Positions 21,272-30,011 of a DNA stretch of 64,000 nt are shown one piece after another; positions within the stretch are counted from its first letter, which is position 1, and every line of letters starts with the position of its first letter. The translations under genes and the position numbers were made by a program. The notes beneath the pieces were generated by a model. It worked only from the letters and a program-made list of their open reading frames with translations, was not told where the DNA came from and searched no databases. The DNA is from Bifidobacterium sp. (lineage in GTDB: Bacteria > Actinomycetota > Actinomycetes > Actinomycetales > Bifidobacteriaceae): positions 52,331-116,330 of the forward strand of contig NZ_JALCCV010000002.1 in NCBI RefSeq assembly GCF_022640935.1, in the 5' to 3' direction.

Positions 21272-21874
21272 ATGGCCATCTACACGCTTCCCGATCTTCC
21301 CTACGATTACTCGGCACTGGAGCCGTACATTTCCGGAAAAATCATGGAATTGCACCATGACAAGCACCATCAGACCTATGTCGCAGGAGCGAACAAGGCC
21401 ATCGAACAGCTCGAAGAGGCCCGCGACAAGAACGACTTCGCCAACATCAGCCGTTTGGAGAAGGATCTCGCCTTCAACCTCGGCGGGCACATCAACCACA
21501 GCGTCTTCTGGAAGAATCTTTCCCCCGATGGGGGCGGCAAGCCCGAAGGCGAGCTGGCGGCGGCCATCGACGAGTACTTCGGTTCCTTCGAGAAATTCCA
21601 AGCGCAATTCAACGCGACCGCGACGACGCTGCAAGGCTCCGGCTGGGCCATCCTCGGTTGGGATACGATCGCCAAGCGGCCGCTGATCTTCCAGCTCTTC
21701 GATCAGCAGGCCAACGTGCCGGTCTCCATCGTCCCGCTGCTGCAGCTGGACATGTGGGAGCACGCCTATTATCTCGACTACCTCAACGTCAAGGCCGACT
21801 ACGTGAAGGCATTCTGGAATGTCGCCAACTGGGCCGATGTCGCCGAGCGTTTCGCCAAGGTCAGCGCGGACTGA
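21272..21874 (+). CDS. sodA: Mn/Fe superoxide dismutase (actinobacterial type)
   Basis: [18 protein letters not shown], metal ligands LHHDKHH, GGHINH and DMWEHAYY; QGSGW; RBS AAAGGA. Confidence 0.96.
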   Translation: MAIYTLPDLPYDYSALEPYISGKIMELHHDKHHQTYVAGANKAIEQLEEARDKNDFANISRLEKDLAFNLGGHINHSVFWKNLSPDGGGKPEGELAAAIDEYFGSFEKFQAQFNATATTLQGSGWAILGWDTIAKRPLIFQLFDQQANVPVSIVPLLQLDMWEHAYYLDYLNVKADYVKAFWNVANWADVAERFAKVSAD

Positions 21875-21897
21875 GCTGTGCCGGCCTGCGCTGAGTC

Positions 21898-21925
21898 GCC
21901 GGGCTTCGGCTCGGCATATTTGTTT
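21898..21925 (+). terminator. Intrinsic terminator after sodA
   Basis: GCCGGGC-TTCG-GCTCGGC followed by ATATTTGTTT. Confidence 0.55.
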
Positions 21926-22286
21926 GGCTGAGTGTGCGGTCGATGAACTGTGATTCCCTGAATCCTTCCCAAGGGTTCAGGGAATTTGCATGTCGTAGGG
22001 CGCTTGGTTTCTGTGAATGCTGGGCTTATTGCTCGCTATGTTCTGATTGACCACTCTGTCCCGCTCCCGCGTCATCTCGATTACCGCACATATACGACCG
22101 TAATCCCGCATTATCGTGACCCCTAGTGCGGGCGCTTTGATGTTTTCCCGCCTTCCAACCATCACAACCCCGCATTGCTGTCGGTACAATGCGGGGAATT
22201 GCGATGGTTGAGGAGCCTTCGGGTGTGAAAGTCCGACGTTTCCGGCCGTGATGCATCTGATATCGGCGGCTACTATCGGCACCCGC

Positions 22287-23474
22287 TCATCTGGCGAGGC
22301 AGCGCCCGGTGCTCACGGGCGGGTTGCGGGTTGAAACATGGCTTAGAATGGGTTGGATTTCCTCATTGGCCATCGCATAGCCGATTCCTGAACGTTCTGC
22401 CTTCGCGAAGACGATTCCGGCGACGGTGCCGTCCTGATCAAGCAACGGGCCACCGGAATCGCCAGGCTCCACACGGGCTTCGAGCACATGAATGGCCCGG
22501 CTGGCAGTGGAGTCCCCGTAAATATCGGGCACAGCGTCGCGTCCGGTGGACAGCACCCGTGCGGGAACGCTTTGGAACGGACCGCCATACGGATAGCCCT
22601 GCACGACCCCCGCGGCGCCGGCCGCAATCGGCGAATCATCCAGTGACAGCGGCTTGGCATTGACATCCGCCGAAACGATTGCGAGATCATTGACGGGGTC
22701 GAAATAGATGACGGAGCCGGTGCGGGCGGGTTCATTGGGCAGCTCGACGAGCGGATTGGCGACTCCGGCGACGACATGGGCGTTGGTGACCAGGAGATCA
22801 TCGCGCACCAGGAATCCCGATCCGGAGGACATGGTGCTGCAGGCGGGAGCGATGCCAGAGATGCGGGCGACGGATTTCGCCGCAGCCTGAATCTTCGCGT
22901 TATCGGTGTCTATGGCGGGAACGGGACTGTTAGCGCCGTTGTCGCCGCCTTCGAACAGTCCTTTCAGCGTGGGCATGCCCGTGCTGTCGAAAGCTTGGGC
23001 GCGTATCCGGTCGATAGCATCGGTCATTGGCTGCGGAGTGTATCGGTTGATGGCCTGAACTACTTGCGAGGATGCGAAGGACTGCGACAGGAACGGTATC
23101 CCGGAGGAAATGACTCCCGCGGCGGTCAAAGACAACGCGATTGCAGTGCATAGTGCCGCCAAACCGCCACCCAGCAGCCGCTCCACTCCGCCAAGATGCA
23201 CACGGTCGGCGCCCCGGCGGAGGATCCGGCCGATTCCCGAGCCGATGCTGGAAGTCAGTGCAAGCAGGCCAAGCGCCACGCCGAGTACCACCGAGCCTCG
23301 CCATGAGCCATCGGGAATCGAACGTGCGACGAATGGCAGCATGTAGGGCATGGCCATGGCTCCCGCGATGAGACCCGCGAACGTGCCGAGCGTGGAGAAC
23401 AATCCTGCGCGGATGCCCGCAGCAAAGCCCCAGATCAGCAACACGACAAGGACGATGTCAATAGTCAGCAACAT
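22287..23474 (-). CDS. MarP-family membrane serine protease (CvpA-like TM domain plus trypsin domain)
   Basis: N-terminal TM helices (DIVLVVLL...), SGSGF, VTNAHVV (His), NDLA (Asp), VEPGDSGGPL (Ser), two Cys; AGGAG RBS before ATG 23474. Confidence 0.85.
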   Translation of the reverse strand: MLLTIDIVLVVLLIWGFAAGIRAGLFSTLGTFAGLIAGAMAMPYMLPFVARSIPDGSWRGSVVLGVALGLLALTSSIGSGIGRILRRGADRVHLGGVERLLGGGLAALCTAIALSLTAAGVISSGIPFLSQSFASSQVVQAINRYTPQPMTDAIDRIRAQAFDSTGMPTLKGLFEGGDNGANSPVPAIDTDNAKIQAAAKSVARISGIAPACSTMSSGSGFLVRDDLLVTNAHVVAGVANPLVELPNEPARTGSVIYFDPVNDLAIVSADVNAKPLSLDDSPIAAGAAGVVQGYPYGGPFQSVPARVLSTGRDAVPDIYGDSTASRAIHVLEARVEPGDSGGPLLDQDGTVAGIVFAKAERSGIGYAMANEEIQPILSHVSTRNPPVSTGRCLAR

Positions 23475-23552
23475 GCTCCTATGATTTTCCACCGTGCTGA
23501 AAGATGCCTGATAGCTCGGCCAGAGGCGAAATAGGCGGCGGCGCGTTTCGGC

Positions 23553-23759
23553 ATGTGGTGCAGTTCCTATGCAACGTGCATTATCTGTAATGCGAAAGCC
23601 GTTGGACGAACGCGTGATTGGCTGTGCGAACACAGAGATTACAGCGTTCAGCGCCTCTATATCGACCCGGAAAATCATCGGCCTGATGGCGTCGCGCGCA
23701 AGCTTGGTATGCATGGCACCGTGATTATTGTCGACGGCGAAAATCGTCGGGCAATCTAA
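23553..23759 (+). pseudogene. Possible GNAT acetyltransferase remnant
   Basis: VQRLYIDPENHRPDGVARKL resembles GNAT motif A (xRLYVxPxxRGxGxARxL), but the ORF is only 68 aa. Confidence 0.25.
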
Positions 23760-23964
23760 TGAACAGTTGTGTGTAGTCTTCTGTGCGCACTGCAGGTGCG
23801 ATCACTCTCTGATAAGCAGCGGGGCCGCGGCTAACGTTATCGGAAAAAGTTTTCGTATAGAATTTCTGAGAAGCTGATAGTTTTTGAACACGAGCTTGGT
23901 TTGACCGCATGATAGGCCAAGGCAACATATATACAGTTCGCATGCGCAGAAAGCGGCAAACGAA

Positions 23965-24813
23965 ATGACGGGCAACTCTATGTTTATGGAAAGCGTTGCA
24001 ATTAATGACAGCCAACATCGGCAGATCATGGAACTGGAAAAGTCGTGCCGAGACTACGAGGATCTCGATTTCAAACTTGAGCTGGATTTCAAGACGAGCA
24101 AGGCGGGAAGAAAACAGGCCGACCGTTCCGGCATGAATGAGTTCTTCTGCTATGACCGTGGACTGCTGGTCGGGTACTTGGGCGTGTGCTCGTTCGACAG
24201 CGCGGTCTGGGAGGTCAACGGCATGGTACGCCCGGGCTACAGGAATCAAGGAATCTTCACCGAACTCTTTCGGCGGATGCAAGGCGAATTCAATGCGAGA
24301 AGCCCGCAGGAACTGCTGCTGCTGCTGCTTAGCGACAGGAAATCGTCGTCTGGTTTGCGATTCGTCGAGAGTCTGCACGCGAACTATCATCATGCCGAAT
24401 ATGACATGGTACTGAATGCGGCGGATTTCAAACAGCGAGAAGGATATGCAAAGCATAGGGGAGATTCATTGAGTCCACTGCGGCCCCCAAATGCATTGGG
24501 CATCCAGGAAACGGATGCCCAACAGCATACGTTCGCCGGCACAATAGACGGCGAGATCATTGGCAGCGTTCGTTTGGAGCTGCTGCCTGACAAGGGCGGC
24601 GTCTACGCCCTGGAAGTACTACCAGGGTATCGCGGACGTGGCTATGGTCGCGAACTGCTCAACTGGTCGATAGCTACATTGATTTCGATGGGCGCCAAAA
24701 CGGTGATCCTGCAAGTCGACACAGACAATGACCGTGCGCTGAATCTGTACACATCGTGCGGGTTCAAAGAAGAATCTGCGATGCTGTATTACGTTTTGGC
24801 GAAAGACCACTGA
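23965..24813 (+). CDS. Tandem-GNAT acetyltransferase, visibly lower GC
   Basis: Two GNAT motif A copies: VNGMVRPGYRNQGIFTEL and LEVLPGYRGRGYGRELL; LQVDTDNDRALNLYTSCGF. Confidence 0.82.
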   Translation: MTGNSMFMESVAINDSQHRQIMELEKSCRDYEDLDFKLELDFKTSKAGRKQADRSGMNEFFCYDRGLLVGYLGVCSFDSAVWEVNGMVRPGYRNQGIFTELFRRMQGEFNARSPQELLLLLLSDRKSSSGLRFVESLHANYHHAEYDMVLNAADFKQREGYAKHRGDSLSPLRPPNALGIQETDAQQHTFAGTIDGEIIGSVRLELLPDKGGVYALEVLPGYRGRGYGRELLNWSIATLISMGAKTVILQVDTDNDRALNLYTSCGFKEESAMLYYVLAKDH

Positions 24814-24956
24814 TCAATCCCGGTTTCACACGCCTAGGCCAGCATATGCAAGTCAGGCCATGGCGATTTTGACCCGCGGAATTCCGCCGACGAAAAACCT
24901 TGGCCCGACTTGGGTATAAGGCACTGTGTGCATGAGACACTGTGCCTAGGCTGCGT

Positions 24957-25949
24957 TCACCAGGCGTATGCCTCAGGCGCGGAGCCACCGGGGCCTGGGA
25001 AGATAGCGTCGAGGCGTGCAAGCACATCGTCGGACAGTTCGATCTCGACGGCGTGCAAGGCATCGTTGAGCTGGTCAATGGTACGCGGACCGATGATCGG
25101 CGCGGTGATGGCAGGATCGTGCAGCAGCCAAGCCAACGCGACGTTCGACTCGCTCTCGCCCAGCTCCTTGCACAGTGCGGCATAATCTTCGAGCTGCTTG
25201 CGCTGGGCGGGGGAGAGCTTCCGGGCGCTCTCAGCACGCCGACCAGCGCTCGCGTCAAGCGCATGCGGCGCCAGCAGCCCGCTTTCAAGCGGGCTCCACA
25301 CGATGACGCCCATGCCGAGATCCTGCGCGGCCGGCAGCAGTTCCAGCTCAGGCAGGCGCTGCATGAGATTGTACAGATGCTGCTCACTGACCAGACCCAG
25401 GAAATGGCGTTTTTCCGCGGCGGCGCTGGCATAGGCAAGGTGCCGGGCGCCGAAATTGCTTGAGCCGGCGTATACGGCCTTGCCCTGCGCAATGACATTT
25501 TCGTAGGCTCCGAAGATCTCGTCCCAATTGATGCGATGATCGATATGGTGCATCTGGTACAGCTCGACGTGATCGGTCTGCAAACGGCGCAGCGACGCAT
25601 CGATGCTGCGGTAGAGCTTGTATGCGGAAACGCCGGACTGATCGTTCGGCCCATCGATCTCGTTGTCCATCGTGCCGTAGAACTTGGTCGCCAACACGAC
25701 TTTCTCGCGGCGGCTCGAGCCCTGCGCGAACCAGCGGCCGACGATTTCCTCTGTCGCTCCGCGATATGGCCCTTTGCCGCCGCCATGGCCGTAGACGTTC
25801 GCCGTGTCGAAGAAAGTGATTCCCGCATCCAAGGCGCGGTCCATGATCGCGAAGGATTCCTTCTCGCCGGTCCGGGTACCGAAGTTCATTGTGCCAAGAA
25901 CCAGTCGGCTCACCTTCATGCCGGTTCTGCCCAGATTCGTGTATTTCAT
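24957..25949 (-). CDS. Aldo/keto reductase
   Basis: MKYTNLGRTGMKVSRLVLGTMNFG, FFDTANVYG, VLATKF, DLYQMHH-type motif, APIIGPRTIDQL; AGGAG RBS. Confidence 0.92.
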   Translation of the reverse strand: MKYTNLGRTGMKVSRLVLGTMNFGTRTGEKESFAIMDRALDAGITFFDTANVYGHGGGKGPYRGATEEIVGRWFAQGSSRREKVVLATKFYGTMDNEIDGPNDQSGVSAYKLYRSIDASLRRLQTDHVELYQMHHIDHRINWDEIFGAYENVIAQGKAVYAGSSNFGARHLAYASAAAEKRHFLGLVSEQHLYNLMQRLPELELLPAAQDLGMGVIVWSPLESGLLAPHALDASAGRRAESARKLSPAQRKQLEDYAALCKELGESESNVALAWLLHDPAITAPIIGPRTIDQLNDALHAVEIELSDDVLARLDAIFPGPGGSAPEAYAW

Positions 25950-26500
25950 ACGCTGCTCCTTGATGTCTGCGCCGGCATGCCTTGCCGCGAGATGTTGATG
26001 GGTAAACGTCGCATCGCTGGATTCTGCTGTCTGGATACCGACGCCGCTGCGCCGGCATTGCCGTGGCATCGCAACTCCAAACCCTTATCAATCAGCGTAA
26101 TGCGCGCTGCCGGATGTGCTGCGAACGTCTTCGCTCGAAGCATAAAACTGCTTGTGCCTGCTGCACGTCCACAGGCTGCGGGGGCCCGAATGATGCGGCT
26201 GCGCAGGATCCGGGCACGAACCCGCCAAACTGGCGAACCATTTTTCTCTCCCTGTGCGCCGGATGGACGCGTCTTAGCTTGAACGTTCAGACCGGTTTAC
26301 GGCAGTTTGCTTCGGCATGCTGCCGGCAGACGCCGGTCGGATAACGCAGAAGCATTGACCGTACAGAAGCAAGGAAGTGCCATCAAGGGGCTCACCGCGT
26401 CCAGCACCACCGTTAGCCTTTATCGCCACTGCCAGAAACCGCGGCAGGTTAGGCGTCGCAGCAGGCCCATCTTCGCTGGCTTCCTCAGCCAAACCGACGT

Positions 26501-26590
26501 ATGAAGGCCTCAAGGATCTGATCATCGTCACCGAACTGTTTTTCAGCGTCTTCGTCATCGGCGCAGACTCGTTCATCATCTCGCCGAAGT
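26501..26590 (+). pseudogene. 5' remnant of an MFS transporter
   Basis: ATG AAG GCC TCA AGG, then a frameshift into LIIVTELFFSVFVIGADSFIISP (MFS TM1-like), then similarity is lost. Confidence 0.25.
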
Positions 26591-26922
26591 GCAGCGTCTC
26601 ATGCATCGATCGGCACACGATAATCGATTTCCGATTCCGCGACGATCCCCAGCGGGTAATACCCGCCATGTTCCATGCACACGGACCCAGCCTCCTTTTC
26701 CCCCAGTCTGCAGGCACGCATCAACCCGTATATCAGCCAGCGCGCTGCGCCTTCGTTATTGACGTGTCTCTCATCGCCTGTTCGTTATGCCGGTCCGCGA
26801 TGGCGCCCTGTGCGATATCCCTGCACATCTTCGTAGCCTCTTGCCGCCACACTGTGTCTGCATCGCATCGCTGAGCGGGGAAACATCATCGGCGTTCACC
26901 GGCAGGTCGCCAATATACCTAT

Positions 26923-26961
26923 GTCTGTTGCCAACGGAAGATATGTCTGTTGGCAACAGAC
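26923..26961. promoter_or_regulatory. Two tandem palindromic operator-like sites upstream of the PTS operon
   Basis: GTCTGTTG-C-CAACGGAA (26923-26939) and perfect GTCTGTTG-G-CAACAGAC (26945-26961), 22 bp apart. Confidence 0.6.
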
Positions 26962-27038
26962 TGGATGATGTCTTCAACGTCTGCATTTTCTAATCCGCTC
27001 TGCATTACAGTCTTGGCTTAGCAAGGAGGCATAAGGCT

Positions 27039-28535
27039 ATGACGACTGAACACAGACAGGCACTGATCGATTATCTCATGAACCATCGTGGGTTCGTATC
27101 GGGAGAGCAGCTTTCCGCCGTGCTGGGTGTCTCCACCAAAACCATCACTCGCAATGTCAAGCAGATCAACGCCCAGCATCCGAACGCGCCAATTATCGAA
27201 TCGCAAAGGGGCCGCGGCTATCGTATAGACCGCCAGCATTATCTTGTGACAGCTAATGGCGACAGCAATGCCGAAAGGCTTGTGGATCCGAATCGGATGA
27301 CGTCGATGGGCAGGCGCGACGCCGTCCTGCGCCAGCTGCTGGTTGCATCGCCGCACAGCTATCGCATTGATGCCGTGTGGGGCAAGTTCTATGTCAGTGA
27401 TTCGACCATCTCATCCGATATCAAGATCCTGCGCAGCGTGCTGCAGCAGTACCATCTCATCCTGAACCGCAGTTATGACCAGATCTGGATCGAGGGTTCC
27501 GAAGCGGATGTGCGTCGGTCCATCAACGATTTGCTCATTACCGACAGCGGCATACTCGACGAGGACTTTGGACATACGGATCAGCGTATGCAGCGCAGGG
27601 ACAGTGCATTCGTCACGCACCAGCTCGATCTGATCGAAGAATTGACCCATGCCAAAATCCCTTATCCCTACAATGTGAATCTGTTTTCGCACCTGTACAT
27701 TCTGATCGAGCGGTACCGCGGCGCAGGAGCATTGATCGATACCAGTTCAGGCGATGATGCGCAATTGGTGAGCATGCAACAGCAGGGGCTGGCGAAAGTC
27801 TGTGAGTGCGTGATCAGGAACCTTGACGATTACCTCGATACGACCCTGCCCGGCGTCGAAGTCGCGAATCTGTACCAATACCTGACCTCATCGCGTATCG
27901 ACAGCGGGCGCATCACCGTCAGCGAAATACCTGAGCAAGTCCGCGCTGTCACGGACTTCCTGATCGACAGAGTCAGCGAGGATCCGAGCTACCACGACAT
28001 CGGCAGCAACGATCTCTTCGCAAGCCTCGCCAACCATATCAAGCCTCTGCTCAATCGACTGGAAAATCACATCAGCGTGAAGAACAACCTCCTCGAACAG
28101 ATCAAGCTTGAATACCCGCATCTTTTCGATGTCGTGCGCGAGGCATCGGCGCAGCTAGTGCAACGCTACCGCCTCAACTCCATCGATGATGAGGAAAATG
28201 GCTTCATCACCGTCTATTTCGCCCAGGCGTTGGAGAACATGCATGCCCCAATCAACATCCTTCTGGTATGCACGACCGGCTTGGGTACGGCGCAACTGCT
28301 GAAGGCCAAAATAGAACGACGCTTCTCCGAACTCAACATCGTAGAAACAGTTGCCGTCCGCGATCTGAAGGACTCGCTCGCCAGCCATGACGAGGTCGAT
28401 CTTGTGATTTCCACAGTCGGGCTGCCTTCGAGCGTGCATATTGCGACATTGGTAGTCAGCGCAATGTTCACTGGCGAGGATCAAGAGCAATTGGAACACG
28501 AGGTCGATCGCATTCGCAAGGGGATGAGCCGATGA
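27039..28535 (+). CDS. PRD-domain transcriptional regulator (LicR/MtlR/ManR-like: HTH, PRD, EIIB domain)
   Basis: N-terminal HTH (SGEQLSAVLGVSTKTITRNVKQIN...GRGY), PRD with LANHI and ENGFITVYF, EIIB-like LVCTTGLGTAQLL. Confidence 0.88.
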   Translation: MTTEHRQALIDYLMNHRGFVSGEQLSAVLGVSTKTITRNVKQINAQHPNAPIIESQRGRGYRIDRQHYLVTANGDSNAERLVDPNRMTSMGRRDAVLRQLLVASPHSYRIDAVWGKFYVSDSTISSDIKILRSVLQQYHLILNRSYDQIWIEGSEADVRRSINDLLITDSGILDEDFGHTDQRMQRRDSAFVTHQLDLIEELTHAKIPYPYNVNLFSHLYILIERYRGAGALIDTSSGDDAQLVSMQQQGLAKVCECVIRNLDDYLDTTLPGVEVANLYQYLTSSRIDSGRITVSEIPEQVRAVTDFLIDRVSEDPSYHDIGSNDLFASLANHIKPLLNRLENHISVKNNLLEQIKLEYPHLFDVVREASAQLVQRYRLNSIDDEENGFITVYFAQALENMHAPINILLVCTTGLGTAQLLKAKIERRFSELNIVETVAVRDLKDSLASHDEVDLVISTVGLPSSVHIATLVVSAMFTGEDQEQLEHEVDRIRKGMSR

Positions 28536-29011
28536 AATCGCTGATTGCGTGGGAGCCGCAATGGTGTGCGCACGACGCTGACTCGCTGGTCGAATCCATG
28601 GCGCAATACCTGGAGAGCCGCGGGCTCATCAATGACGGCAAGCGCGTCGCCGCCGCTCTGCGGCAGCGGGAGAGCTTTGGCAACACGTTGATCGCCGACA
28701 ACCTCGCAGTCCCGCATGCGCAGAGTGATGCCGCTGACGAAGCCATCATGCTGTTCGTCAAACTGCGTGAGGCATTGTCCGGCTGGCAGGGCGTTGCAAC
28801 AGTTGACAGGTTGATTGTCACGCTGCTCCCGGAACGGCCTAGCGAGCACGACGCGGCCGTGCTGAAAAATTTTTTCCAGCGACTTGCCGATGAGAGGATA
28901 ACGCAGACATTCTCGGTAGGCGAATGCGACGAAGTGCGGGAAACCCTGCTGCAGTTGCTTCCGGACTGTGCCGCAGGCCGGAAGCGCAGAAGATCTCCAA
29001 CGACCCAATAG
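28532..29011 (+). CDS. PTS EIIA (fructose/mannitol family), copy 1
   Basis: LRQRESFGNTLIADNLAVPHA (phospho-His motif); ATGA overlap with the regulator stop. Confidence 0.8.
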   Translation: MKSLIAWEPQWCAHDADSLVESMAQYLESRGLINDGKRVAAALRQRESFGNTLIADNLAVPHAQSDAADEAIMLFVKLREALSGWQGVATVDRLIVTLLPERPSEHDAAVLKNFFQRLADERITQTFSVGECDEVRETLLQLLPDCAAGRKRRRSPTTQ

Positions 29012-29082
29012 ATTCCACGCTCAACATCCAACTCTGTAGCACATTCACTCCGTACATTCCATCAACAACAAGGAGAACAACC

Positions 29083-29544
29083 ATGAGCGAACCATCGCTG
29101 AGCACTGTCCTGGACCGCAACACGATCGTCACCGATCTTGCGGCGCGCAGCAAGGACGATGTCATCGCCGCCTTGACACAGCTGCTGCTCAAGCAGGGCT
29201 ATATCGAATCGCAGGAGGCATTCATCGCAGCCGTCCATGAGCGTGAGCAGGAGGGTGCCACCGGGATAGGCGGCCACGTTGCCATTCCCCACGGCAGAAG
29301 CGACACGGTGCGCAAAAACGGGATGGCCATCGCGATTCTCCGGAACGAAATCCCTTGGGAGTCCCTCGACGAGACCGGCGCGAAAGCCGTGGTGCTGTTC
29401 ACCGTCGGCTCGAATGACGATGGGGCGCAGGAGCATCTCAAGCTGTTGTCGATGTTCGCACGCAAATTGGCCAAATCCCAAGTTGTTGAAGCGCTGCTTC
29501 ACGCTCGAAGCGCCGATGACGTCATTGGAGCATTCGCCGACTGA
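29083..29544 (+). CDS. PTS EIIA (fructose family), copy 2
   Basis: EREQEGATGIGGHVAIPHGRS, HLKLLSMFARKL; AAGGAG RBS. Confidence 0.9.
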   Translation: MSEPSLSTVLDRNTIVTDLAARSKDDVIAALTQLLLKQGYIESQEAFIAAVHEREQEGATGIGGHVAIPHGRSDTVRKNGMAIAILRNEIPWESLDETGAKAVVLFTVGSNDDGAQEHLKLLSMFARKLAKSQVVEALLHARSADDVIGAFAD

Positions 29545-29661
29545 AAACCCGCTGTCGCGCCGCAAACTGCTGTTGCGCCGAACGTCGCACTGCTAGCGAA
29601 GCGGCAGATCAGCGCCACATCCCTACCCACGTATAACCACACTAACCAAAGGAGAAACACC

Positions 29662-29973
29662 ATGAAAATCGTCGGAGTGAGCGCATGCACCATCGGCATA
29701 GCACACACCTATCTAGCGCAGCAGAAAGTCGAGGATGCGGCCAAAGCCGCTGGCGACGACGTCAAGATCGAGACCCAGGGAACCATCGGCATCGAGAATG
29801 CCTTGACGCCCGAAGACATCGCCGAAGCCGACATCGTGTTGCTTGCGGTCGACGTCAAGATCGCGAACGAGGAGCGCTTCAACGGCAAGAAAGTCGTCAA
29901 GGTATCCACCGACACGGCGATCAAATCGCCGAACAAGCTCGTGGCCAAGCTTCACGAGATCGTCGGCAAATAA
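29662..29973 (+). CDS. PTS EIIB (fructose family)
   Basis: MKIVGVSACTIGIAHTYLA (phospho-Cys), KIETQGTIG; AAAGGAG RBS. Confidence 0.92.
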   Translation: MKIVGVSACTIGIAHTYLAQQKVEDAAKAAGDDVKIETQGTIGIENALTPEDIAEADIVLLAVDVKIANEERFNGKKVVKVSTDTAIKSPNKLVAKLHEIVGK

Positions 29974-30011
29974 CACCACTACCATCACCATCACAAGACA
30001 AGGACGTCATT

